Below the pieces are notes generated by a model that saw only the letters and a list, made by a program, of their open reading frames with translations, was not told the DNA's origin and ran no database searches. 64,000 bases of DNA from sequence record NC_041917.1; one strand, given 5' to 3'. The position numbers were made by a program, and so were the translations under genes. This document shows, in pieces, positions 18,418-27,532 of the stretch (positions are counted from its first letter, which is position 1; each line of letters opens with the position of its first letter).

Positions 18418-18597
18418 ATGGTACAAGTAGATATGACTGAATTGCGTAAACGCTGGTATGATCTGGCACGTGCGGGTACTGCGATCACTGGTGATAACAG
18501 AACGCTATTCAATACACTGGATGGCTGGCAGCGTCAAGAACTAAAGAATGCATATGTTCAGGGCATGACTGATGAAGTTCAGACATGGGATGAATAA
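18418..18597 (+). CDS. small hypothetical protein (59 aa)
   Basis: GAGAGG SD, own promoter. Confidence 0.65.
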   Translation: MVQVDMTELRKRWYDLARAGTAITGDNRTLFNTLDGWQRQELKNAYVQGMTDEVQTWDE

Positions 18598-18652
18598 TTA
18601 AAAAGAAAGGCTTGACTTCGGTTGAGCCTTTTGTTATAGTACTATCAATGCA

Positions 18653-18679
18653 GCGAAATGCACTAACCCTATAGGGTGC
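18653..18679 (+). repeat. promoter-locked element E12
   Basis: GCGAAAT-GCACTA-ACCCTATAGGGTGC; TTGACT 18612-17-TATAGT 18635. Confidence 0.9.
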
Positions 18680-18784
18680 CAAGATCCGCCCGTAAAATAT
18701 ATTAAAATTCAAATGAAAAAGTACTTGACTTATATCTACTGAAATTGTATTATGTATCTATTGAAAGCAAACGAGGGCAATACC

Positions 18785-19057
18785 ATGAGAGTTACTACAC
18801 TGATTAAGAAGCTGTTCGGTAAAGATTCAATCTCTGACTACATGGAAGTACTGGATGATGATGAAAAGAAATCAGTACTTGAGTACTACTCTATTCAAAT
18901 GGATGAAGATGCAAGCGAACCAGATTACTTTGTTAAGTACTGGCAGGATGGATTATATACTGTCAAAGATATTAATGGTAATGTTATCGTGCATACATAT
19001 AATGTGCGACTGCTAAAAGAAAAGTTAAAAGTACTTGCAAACAAGTCTAAGGTTTAG
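18785..19057 (+). CDS. hypothetical protein
   Basis: GAGG SD; start moved to 18785. Confidence 0.7.
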   Translation: MRVTTLIKKLFGKDSISDYMEVLDDDEKKSVLEYYSIQMDEDASEPDYFVKYWQDGLYTVKDINGNVIVHTYNVRLLKEKLKVLANKSKV

Positions 19058-19113
19058 TATTATATATTCATCGGGAGGCAATACCGCTTCCCTTCTTAAT
19101 CAGGAGCTTCACC

Positions 19114-19515
19114 ATGAACTTCACTACTAACTCTTTCAATGATGTACTGGTACTGGCTAAAACCTTCGGCGTTGCTGCACTGGATTATGCAGTACAGAAC
19201 AACACTATTAACATTGCATTCCCTGCACTGGTCAGAGAATGTAAGAGATGGGCAACTCGTCAAATCATTGAATTGCAGAATGTCAATGATGGCAATGTAG
19301 AGTACAGTATTGATGCTGTATTCAAGGCAGAGTTAGTACTGGATCAGTACGATACTAACCTGAATGACATTACTGTTGTTCGTACAGGGTTCGGTGCTTA
19401 CACTAAGCCAGTGCGTCAGGCAATGCAGGACGGCGACATTAACGCGGATACATTAGAGTATATCCTTAATGATGTACGCCAGCGTAATGAAGCACGTAAG
19501 GTGCTCGGCCTCTAA
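19114..19515 (+). CDS. hypothetical protein
   Basis: CAGGAG SD, hairpin leader. Confidence 0.8.
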   Translation: MNFTTNSFNDVLVLAKTFGVAALDYAVQNNTINIAFPALVRECKRWATRQIIELQNVNDGNVEYSIDAVFKAELVLDQYDTNLNDITVVRTGFGAYTKPVRQAMQDGDINADTLEYILNDVRQRNEARKVLGL

Positions 19516-19584
19516 CAAAGTACTTGACAATACATCAAGCCACTGGCATACTGTCGGTGGCTTTGTCTATTAGGAGATACCAAC

Positions 19585-19791
19585 ATGTTTAATGTAGTAG
19601 GTTGTTTAGGCGTTACCATCGGTCAGGCTGATAGCATTGATACAGCCATCACTCTAGTACAGTCACAGATAACAGTGAGCGATAAGAAGCGTACAGCTAT
19701 GCGTAACGCACTGCAACGCCTCAAGGTAGGCCAGCAGTATCAGATAGACTACGGCGGCACTGGCTGCACCGTACAGCGTGTAGAAGGGTAA
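19585..19791 (+). CDS. hypothetical protein
   Basis: AGGAG SD, own promoter. Confidence 0.75.
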   Translation: MFNVVGCLGVTIGQADSIDTAITLVQSQITVSDKKRTAMRNALQRLKVGQQYQIDYGGTGCTVQRVEG

Positions 19792-20007
19792 GCAGTACTA
19801 TGTTATACCCATTTTTATATTAATTCAAAAAATATCTTATACAAAATAAAAGTACTTGACTTTTAAAATGTATAAGGTATTGGTTAACTTTTCTGTATAT
19901 AACGTTGAAGGACTATGCAAATTTTTTTGCTTACTAAAGGCCAGTAATGCTTAGCACCCCTATAATCGGGGTATAGGTATTACTGGCTATACTATTTGGA
20001 GTAAATT

Positions 20008-20577
20008 ATGGAATATGAAAAGATAAAAGAAATGTTTTTAAAAGTTTGGCCTATACTAATTCCACTCATGCCCCCATTAAATCAGTACAGTACTCCTATT
20101 GATAATGAATACTTCGCGGAGTACATAACCTTCTCCCCGAATCATATCTTCAGGATATACGGTAATGGTGGTACTAAGTTATCTGACATACTATTTGAAA
20201 TCAGTTACAATACTGAAACGAAATACTTCAGTACTTTTACTGAGGACACTATACGTATTGCACACTGGAAGAAAGATTTACCTCGTTTCTACGCCCTTCA
20301 TGATCCAGATAACTCTAAGGAGAATGGTCAGGGATATACTTTCATCCAGTACCCATGTGATACTGATTATTTCTTTCAGAGGATGACAGTACAAAATACG
20401 TTAGAATATGAAGAATATGAATTATGGGATACTGAAGTAATGGTTATGCAAGAAGTACTCTCTGATCATCCTGCATTAAGTATAGGTTTAGTACTACGTG
20501 ATGAGTATCTTACACCTGATGATGTAATTAAGATAGGCGTAGAGTTCTTTGAAAAGATGTGGGAAAATAAAAAATGA
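20008..20577 (+). CDS. tandem paralogue 1 (FQxxT family)
   Basis: YPCDTDYFFQRMT. Confidence 0.8.
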   Translation: MEYEKIKEMFLKVWPILIPLMPPLNQYSTPIDNEYFAEYITFSPNHIFRIYGNGGTKLSDILFEISYNTETKYFSTFTEDTIRIAHWKKDLPRFYALHDPDNSKENGQGYTFIQYPCDTDYFFQRMTVQNTLEYEEYELWDTEVMVMQEVLSDHPALSIGLVLRDEYLTPDDVIKIGVEFFEKMWENKK

Positions 20578-21233
20578 TTAAACTTATACAATTCGTTAAT
20601 GTATGTAAGTCATTAATAGAATGGCATAGTTTACGGACTTCCAACACATCCATTGTTATGAATGATGATAGAATACAATTAAGTACTGGTAATGAGTATC
20701 GTGTACTGTCAGGTGAATCTGGAGCTATTGCAACTAGGTTAGAATTTTATCTATCAGAATATAGACAGGATGTTACATTAGTCCGATTATCGAGACATAT
20801 GGATTTACACATAAAATTAAGAGATGATTATTATTTCTTAATGAATGAAGATAATCTTTTACAATTTGGCATACTCAAAGAAACTACTGGAGTATTGAGA
20901 AAGCTTGCTGAGTACCTTCCATTTCTCGATAAAGATACACCGTACAACCATGATACCTTAGAAGCTTTAGAGTTTCAGTACTTGACTAAGTACAGTATTA
21001 ATGAAGTACAAGCAATGATTGTTTATCATTTACTTCGAGAGTACAGGAAAGATTACCCAGCACATACATTAACTTCAAAGTACACTCCATCGTTAGCAAT
21101 TAATTTTAAAGTACTTGAGGAATGCACAGTACAAGAGTTGCTAGAGATGAACAATCATATACGGAATAAAATAGATGAACTTCAACTTCAAGTACTATCC
21201 AAAATTGAAAGAAATATTAAAACTAATGTCTAA
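20574..21233 (+). CDS. tandem paralogue 2
   Basis: LEALEFQYLTKY; ATGA overlap. Confidence 0.8.
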   Translation: MIKLIQFVNVCKSLIEWHSLRTSNTSIVMNDDRIQLSTGNEYRVLSGESGAIATRLEFYLSEYRQDVTLVRLSRHMDLHIKLRDDYYFLMNEDNLLQFGILKETTGVLRKLAEYLPFLDKDTPYNHDTLEALEFQYLTKYSINEVQAMIVYHLLREYRKDYPAHTLTSKYTPSLAINFKVLEECTVQELLEMNNHIRNKIDELQLQVLSKIERNIKTNV

Positions 21234-21774
21234 GTTCAATACTAACATTACGGATGATATAGAGTATCGTGATGATATATTATCAGTAAGATTGGTGAGA
21301 GTACGTGATGATCGTATGACATTTGATATACATGCAATTGGTTTTGATTATAATTATCCAGTACTTATCATGACGTGGTGTTATAATAACGATGTAGATA
21401 TTTTTTCTAGATTTTTCTACAGTACAGATACATTTATAAGTGCAGTTTATAGTACTACTAATATGAGCAAGTTCCATTATGAAGTTAATGAAAGTATTCA
21501 TGTAAAGAAGGTATGCAAGTTGGATTATCCTTTACGGGAAGAACAAGTGTTTCAGGAGTTGACTAGATTTAATTTACCGTCCGAAGAATCAATTACGACA
21601 TTCATGGATACATCTTATGAAGTACTGAATGGTAGTACTAAGTTTAGTTCTTTCTCTTTTCATCCACATAGTTTAGATGCAAAAAATGAAACAGAGATGG
21701 ATAATATGGTACAATCTATATTGGAAAGGTTAGAGAAGTTGTATCTTGAAAATGACGCAATTTTAAAAGACTAA
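21226..21774 (+). CDS. tandem paralogue 3
   Basis: YPLREEQVFQELTRF; start moved to 21226. Confidence 0.8.
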   Translation: MSKFNTNITDDIEYRDDILSVRLVRVRDDRMTFDIHAIGFDYNYPVLIMTWCYNNDVDIFSRFFYSTDTFISAVYSTTNMSKFHYEVNESIHVKKVCKLDYPLREEQVFQELTRFNLPSEESITTFMDTSYEVLNGSTKFSSFSFHPHSLDAKNETEMDNMVQSILERLEKLYLENDAILKD

Positions 21775-21893
21775 ATAAATGTTATCTTAAAAATTGTTGT
21801 ATAAAAAATAGTCAAAAAAATTTCCGCTTCTAATGATTGCTGTCAAGATAAAATGGCGGGGTCGAGGGGGCGTCGGGAGCGTGGGAAGTAATT

Positions 21894-22490
21894 ATGGAAT
21901 CGATGATAGTACTAAAAGATTTTTACGAAAAGTTTGCTGCACCGATAGCTGATGCTGGATTATTGAGTACTGCAAAGAACACCAAGACCTTAGAATGGGG
22001 AGGTCGAGTTAAGGGGTTAAGATATACATTTACCAGTACTGATTCTTATACAAGTGTTAAGTTAGTAGATGAAACTGATTATACCTTTGCATTAGATGCA
22101 GTATGTTATCGTGAACAAAACGGTGCTATCAATGCAACTCGTACATTTTTCACGAGTCCTACATGGACAGAGATATACACTGGTACAGGATTTAGTACTA
22201 CAAAAATTAATGTATGTCACCGAGATGAAAGTGAATTTCGTCGGGACATGAACTATCCGATATTAGAAGAAGAATACTTTCAGAATAGTACTAGGATTGA
22301 ATTAGAAGAAGAATCTTTCTATCAGTACTTCATGGGATTTGAACCAGCAGCTATAGAGTTATGTTTAAAATTCTCCCACGTTGATAATGGTGTAGAGTTA
22401 GCGAGGACAGTGCTAAATGATACTACTTTAATTAATAACATATTAATGCAATTGAATATTCTTATCATGACATATAAGAGACAAAAATGA
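21894..22490 (+). CDS. tandem paralogue 4
   Basis: YPILEEEYFQNSTRI. Confidence 0.8.
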   Translation: MESMIVLKDFYEKFAAPIADAGLLSTAKNTKTLEWGGRVKGLRYTFTSTDSYTSVKLVDETDYTFALDAVCYREQNGAINATRTFFTSPTWTEIYTGTGFSTTKINVCHRDESEFRRDMNYPILEEEYFQNSTRIELEEESFYQYFMGFEPAAIELCLKFSHVDNGVELARTVLNDTTLINNILMQLNILIMTYKRQK

Positions 22491-22999
22491 GTGAGAAGAT
22501 TTATAAACAGGCTAGAAAGTACTGTGATAAGTTTTTAAGATTACACAAAGTACTTTCTGGCGTACATGAGAAAATTAAAAAGAATTCGTGGAGAAATTCA
22601 CCCTTTAGTACTAATCGGTACATGGTAAATCTAGACAATAATAAGACGGGAATTATAATGAAAATGGCTAGGGGAAAATATAATTCTTATGAAGTACATT
22701 ATCATCTAGCACCATATACACACAGAGATTCACAGCGTAGAAATAATTTTTATGTTATTACGGATCATACTAAATTTATACATTGTAGTACTAAAACAGT
22801 TCAAGACTTACGTGATGTATCAGTTTATGATGAATGTTTAGCATTTCAATTAAGTACTGTATATACGGACAGTGAATTATTTGATTATTATTGTTGTTCG
22901 ATGTTACATACTGCGGGTTTTCGTGGAGCGTGTAGGACTAATGTTCATCATAGTACATGGAAAGCTTTATATCTACAAGCTTTAAGTATTGGTGGCTGA
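22487..22999 (+). CDS. tandem paralogue 5
   Basis: YDECLAFQLSTVY. Confidence 0.8.
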   Translation: MSEKIYKQARKYCDKFLRLHKVLSGVHEKIKKNSWRNSPFSTNRYMVNLDNNKTGIIMKMARGKYNSYEVHYHLAPYTHRDSQRRNNFYVITDHTKFIHCSTKTVQDLRDVSVYDECLAFQLSTVYTDSELFDYYCCSMLHTAGFRGACRTNVHHSTWKALYLQALSIGG

Positions 23000-23000
23000 T

Positions 23001-23588
23001 ATGCAAGAGTATAAAATTTTGACAGATATTGCTTCTGAACTATATAAGATTCGGAACAAAACAATAGAATATTCTGTATCTGATGGAATAGCTGCATCTT
23101 TATGGCCTGAGAGGAAGCCATTCACATCGTACACATTTAAAGTAAGTGGTCCATTAGAGACATATACATCTAAGTACTATAAATTTGTATTAAGCAGTAT
23201 GCACCATTCAGAAAACGCAGTTGCTTTTGCGGAGTTATGTACACTTGAGGTTTGTTTTGATACGGCTTGGTATATTAATAGTATCGATCATCACAGGGGT
23301 AGAATATCATTAAACAATGTTAACATGGATGTTTTATCCATATGTCATGATAGTACTGACAATTCTGCTATGATAGTACTTAGAGATGAAGTAATTACAG
23401 AAGAATGGTTATTTCAATTAATGACTAAGTTTGATATTCCATTTTATGAAGACGTATTAGTACTGAACAGTATAAGGACGGATTTATTTAAATTTCCATA
23501 TAATGTTAGTTTTTGTATAAGGTATTCAAAAGAACATTTACAGAATTTTTTGTTTAAGATTAAGGATTTTTTACATGACCAGAGCTGA
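23001..23588 (+). CDS. tandem paralogue 6
   Basis: ITEEWLFQLMTKF. Confidence 0.8.
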   Translation: MQEYKILTDIASELYKIRNKTIEYSVSDGIAASLWPERKPFTSYTFKVSGPLETYTSKYYKFVLSSMHHSENAVAFAELCTLEVCFDTAWYINSIDHHRGRISLNNVNMDVLSICHDSTDNSAMIVLRDEVITEEWLFQLMTKFDIPFYEDVLVLNSIRTDLFKFPYNVSFCIRYSKEHLQNFLFKIKDFLHDQS

Positions 23589-24144
23589 ATTAATTCAGAG
23601 TAGTACTATGTATCGTCTTCTTGGTGCTTATAAAATCTTCAAAGAGAAGGAAAAAAAGTACAAGGGGAAGTTATATAATTTTACTTTATATGATTACAAC
23701 GATAGTGGTTATGATTTAGAATGTTCGCATCATGGATTATATATTTGGCCTAATGGTGAAGACAGAGATGATAATCAAATCTTTAGTATTGAATACTTGA
23801 AAGATGACCAATGGTGGGTTCAATCATTATTGAATGACTATGAGTTTTCTATTACTCCACGCGAGGCAGTTGAAATCAATGTTGGTGATCATTTAGACCT
23901 TGACAAAAGCAACCTATATGTGTATAATCATCAGGATGAAGAAGAATTATTTGAGGAATATCCAGAAGAATGGTTTTTTCAACAACTGACCGTACAGGAC
24001 ATAATTCCTTTTGAACAATTTAAAGAAGAAGTTAAGTTCTGTAAGAAAATACTTTCTCACGGTATAGATGAGTATGATAGAATCTTTATCTTTAATTTAG
24101 AGAAATTTAATATCAATCTGTTAGAAGGGTTTAAGGAAATATGA
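23575..24144 (+). CDS. tandem paralogue 7
   Basis: YPEEWFFQQLTVQD. Confidence 0.8.
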   Translation: MTRAELIQSSTMYRLLGAYKIFKEKEKKYKGKLYNFTLYDYNDSGYDLECSHHGLYIWPNGEDRDDNQIFSIEYLKDDQWWVQSLLNDYEFSITPREAVEINVGDHLDLDKSNLYVYNHQDEEELFEEYPEEWFFQQLTVQDIIPFEQFKEEVKFCKKILSHGIDEYDRIFIFNLEKFNINLLEGFKEI

Positions 24145-24569
24145 TAGTTTTCCATGCTAGTACTGTTCAGATTACAAACTTTTACATTCCTTACGGTGGA
24201 TTACATTTAGGTGGTATGCACAGTGCTTTGGAATGTGCCTTACGGAAGGTCTATACAGGCCGTGAAGCTGGTATTGATGTGGATACGGTGTACATTCACC
24301 GTTGTTTTCTTAAAGCACTGAAGCCGTTTGAGGCTGATGATATGGGAAGTGATGCATCATGGAAGCGATTAAATCAGACATTAATAGCTACTGCTACAGA
24401 TTTCGATTGTATTAAATATACGAACAAGTACGAGGTTGACGTTGTTCCATCCTATTGTTTATTTGATGCGAGTTTAGTTGAAATCCTTGATTGTAGTACT
24501 ATGCATATGGATATGGCAGAAGATATATTACATGGGACATACACAGATGACTACCGGTACGAGTACTAA
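24141..24569 (+). CDS. ADP-ribosyltransferase-like (ART-PolyVal-like) protein
   Basis: VFHAS..GLHLG..DCIKYTNKYE..SYCLFD pattern. Confidence 0.6.
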   Translation: MIVFHASTVQITNFYIPYGGLHLGGMHSALECALRKVYTGREAGIDVDTVYIHRCFLKALKPFEADDMGSDASWKRLNQTLIATATDFDCIKYTNKYEVDVVPSYCLFDASLVEILDCSTMHMDMAEDILHGTYTDDYRYEY

Positions 24570-25122
24570 AGAAGTACTTTTAGATAAAGAGTTTCGAATT
24601 TCAATGAAGATGTTTGATTTCATGAAGAAGATAAATTTAATATTCATGAATGATTATAAAAATGAATTAGAAACTTCACACAGTATTAGTGTTGGTGATG
24701 ATACAAGTTATACGCTAAAAATGATCAAAGATAAGGCATTTTACATTACCAGAACACGCTCAGAATTTTATTCACAAATATTATTACATGTTGAATATGA
24801 ATCGTATTATACTGGAAGAAACTATTTTGGAGCAGGAAGAACGTACTTACATTTTTCACCACTATTGAATAGTGATTGTATAGTACAAGATAGTGCTTAT
24901 ATTTTGAAGTACCCATATGATTTTGATGAGGCGGCACATTTTCAGGCAATGACACAAAATCATATAACTATTGAAGAAAATTACATGTACGCATCTGAAT
25001 TAATGAAAGCAGTACATTCAGATTCATTTATTTGGGCTGAAATAGTTACTTCTGAAATTGAAGAAGATGAGTACGAGTATTTTGAGAAATTGATAAAATA
25101 TTTCAGGGATTCGATATGCTAA
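24547..25122 (+). CDS. tandem paralogue 8
   Basis: YPYDFDEAAHFQAMTQN; start moved to 24547. Confidence 0.8.
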   Translation: MTTGTSTKEVLLDKEFRISMKMFDFMKKINLIFMNDYKNELETSHSISVGDDTSYTLKMIKDKAFYITRTRSEFYSQILLHVEYESYYTGRNYFGAGRTYLHFSPLLNSDCIVQDSAYILKYPYDFDEAAHFQAMTQNHITIEENYMYASELMKAVHSDSFIWAEIVTSEIEEDEYEYFEKLIKYFRDSIC

Positions 25123-25562
25123 ACATAATTGAAAACATTGATCCAATTAATTACATCATTCAGGATGTATTAAATAACATCAATGGATTAGAGTTAACTC
25201 CACGTAATAATTTTTATATTGGTGAAGGATACTCACTTGACATACAAGAAGTTCGTAAGAATTCGTATAAGTTAAAAGTACGAACAAATAATTTACAAGA
25301 TTTATGTAATATTGCGTTTGATAAGAAGAATCTTATTATTCGTTACAGTCCTGAGTTTTTCTTTGTACAAGAAGGTGCAGCGTTAAGCACGAACTTGTTT
25401 GAGGGACTGTTTAGTTTAGAGGAACTACCTAATGCGTTCAGGAATAATAGTACTGTATTCGGATTAGGTGTAGAATTTGATCATGCTACAATGATGGAAA
25501 CCATTGAACTGTGCCGTAGAATTCGTGATGATTTCTTGCGGAAAATTGCTACGCAAAAATAA
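25116..25562 (+). CDS. probable tandem paralogue 9
   Basis: LEELPNAFRNNSTVF, a degenerate motif. Confidence 0.65.
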   Translation: MLNIIENIDPINYIIQDVLNNINGLELTPRNNFYIGEGYSLDIQEVRKNSYKLKVRTNNLQDLCNIAFDKKNLIIRYSPEFFFVQEGAALSTNLFEGLFSLEELPNAFRNNSTVFGLGVEFDHATMMETIELCRRIRDDFLRKIATQK

Positions 25563-25642
25563 AAGACACTCATGGATGAGTTATAAATACTTTTAGAGCA
25601 CTAAAAGATGTGCTAAAAATACAAGTTCAAGGGAGTGAACAC

Positions 25643-26122
25643 ATGAATAATCTTATTCAAAAAGACAGCGGGCCGATTGATGATGTGATCACTCAAGACG
25701 CTTTTGAAGTACATGGACTAATGTTTAATATTAAAGATATTGTGCAATGTCTGTTTTTGTGCAGTGCAACTATGCATGAATTTTTTAATAACCCAATGTG
25801 TAATTGTTTTGCTGTTACTATTAACAGTAATGATAAATGGGTTATGGCTACACCCATGACAATGAATACTGAATTCAATGAATGTGTAATGCGTAACAAC
25901 AAAGAAAAAACTCCACAATCTGAAGTAGAAAAACTACGTAACACGTATACTAAACCTGATGAGAAACACATACTTATGTTTTTATCGAAGGGATATGTTA
26001 TGGATAATTTTACTGTACAAGAGAGTTATCATGATTTTCTCTTTACAGAAGGTGAACCACATGTTATGATTACTGCGGAAGACATTGAGAGTCTAACATT
26101 AAAAAATCCTTACTTGGAGTAA
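25643..26122 (+). CDS. hypothetical protein
   Basis: GGGAG SD; start moved to 25643. Confidence 0.75.
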   Translation: MNNLIQKDSGPIDDVITQDAFEVHGLMFNIKDIVQCLFLCSATMHEFFNNPMCNCFAVTINSNDKWVMATPMTMNTEFNECVMRNNKEKTPQSEVEKLRNTYTKPDEKHILMFLSKGYVMDNFTVQESYHDFLFTEGEPHVMITAEDIESLTLKNPYLE

Positions 26123-26125
26123 AAA

Positions 26126-26293
26126 ATGGCGAAGTCAAAGAAGAAAGTACAAGAAGCACCTGATGTTCAAAATTTTGTTGCTAAACATATGAATACTTTC
26201 AACAAAGCAAAAACTTTTGTAGATCAAAAGAAAGAATTTAAAAATGGTAAAACCAAACACAAAGGACGTGGCTATGAAGGCACGTCCTTTTAG
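26126..26293 (+). CDS. small basic conserved phage protein (55 aa)
   Basis: GGAG SD; NFVAKHM..FNKAKTF.D.KK..KHKG. Confidence 0.7.
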   Translation: MAKSKKKVQEAPDVQNFVAKHMNTFNKAKTFVDQKKEFKNGKTKHKGRGYEGTSF

Positions 26294-26311
26294 CATTTCA
26301 GGGGTATACTA

Positions 26312-27181
26312 ATGTTAGATTTTAAAAAGCATTCAGTACAAGAAATATTAGATTACGCACGTGAACAAAATCGTAATACTGATACAAGAAGTTTTGTACT
26401 TGGGTATGATAACGAATGTAATGTAATGTTATTATCAAAATGGCAAGATATTGGTGATTGTAGAGCTAAGGTTTATCCTAAAGGATTTTCTGTACAGCGT
26501 GAACAGAAATATATCTTCTATTATAGTAAGTATAATAATTTTACAACTTATAGTTTTGAAAATGTTTCTTTCAGTACTAAGTACAATAAGAAAACCAAGA
26601 CTGAAGAAATTAAAACTAAGATGTACAAATTAAGTAACAAGACTGTTGATATACAAACTGACAGTCAAACTTATACAACTACGTATGAAGATTTACGTAT
26701 TAAAGAACGATTATTCAGAAATGGGTGTAGTACAATTGATGTAGATTTTCCTATAGTACTTTATCAGAACGGTGTTGTTAGTAGTAGGACTTTTGGTGGT
26801 ACTCACATATATGAAAAATATAATAGTAAAGGCGTTTGTACTTTATGTAACTTTAGCTTTTACTATAAGGGAAATCATGCAACTGTTCAAATGTATTATG
26901 ATAAAAAGAAAGGTGCAACATTTTGGATGAATTCTGGTACTGGTAAAACACATTTATATGTAAGAGATAATATAAGAATTCCAGAAATTAAAGAAGCAGG
27001 TATTGAGTACTTGTTTAATGATTTGAATATGTGGAATATAGATTTACTTATGTTCGGTGCAGAAAATTTTGAATGTATCGAGTTCGCCAAAAAACATCTT
27101 ATTCAATTACTCGACAAACATAAAAACCGTTTTGGTACAGCATTGGAAAAAATAAGGATACAGAGTGAAAAGAAAGATTAA
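26312..27181 (+). CDS. hypothetical protein
   Basis: ORF track. Confidence 0.75.
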   Translation: MLDFKKHSVQEILDYAREQNRNTDTRSFVLGYDNECNVMLLSKWQDIGDCRAKVYPKGFSVQREQKYIFYYSKYNNFTTYSFENVSFSTKYNKKTKTEEIKTKMYKLSNKTVDIQTDSQTYTTTYEDLRIKERLFRNGCSTIDVDFPIVLYQNGVVSSRTFGGTHIYEKYNSKGVCTLCNFSFYYKGNHATVQMYYDKKKGATFWMNSGTGKTHLYVRDNIRIPEIKEAGIEYLFNDLNMWNIDLLMFGAENFECIEFAKKHLIQLLDKHKNRFGTALEKIRIQSEKKD

Positions 27182-27488
27182 ATTCAAAGATGGTGCTCCA
27201 AAATACATATGGCTCGGTAATCGAGGATTTCCTAACAAACATGAAGTACTGACATGGCATGATGAATCGATAATCCGAGTTAGTGATGCTCCTAGTTATC
27301 GTGGTGCATTGGAGAGAATTTATACCTTTAGTAAGCTTACTAACAATGAAACAGAAACTGCAAAATACGAATTCGCATTATGTCATTACTTAGATGATGA
27401 AGATGAGGACACGTTTTATCTTTTATTACAACCATTCAGTGAGTGGCATAAAATGATTGATATGGACAATAAAGATGAAACAACATAA
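27165..27488 (+). CDS. hypothetical protein
   Basis: ORF track, GTG start. Confidence 0.65.
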   Translation: MKRKIKFKDGAPKYIWLGNRGFPNKHEVLTWHDESIIRVSDAPSYRGALERIYTFSKLTNNETETAKYEFALCHYLDDEDEDTFYLLLQPFSEWHKMIDMDNKDETT

Positions 27489-27532
27489 TTTTTTTTGGTA
27501 TAATATACGCACCTAAACATGAGGTATAAACA

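Noticed and set aside
983-18679. Reading the repeated element as a CRISPR array
   Set aside because: Copies are hundreds to thousands of bp apart, occur in both orientations and are separated by whole genes; there are no regular spacers and no cas genes.
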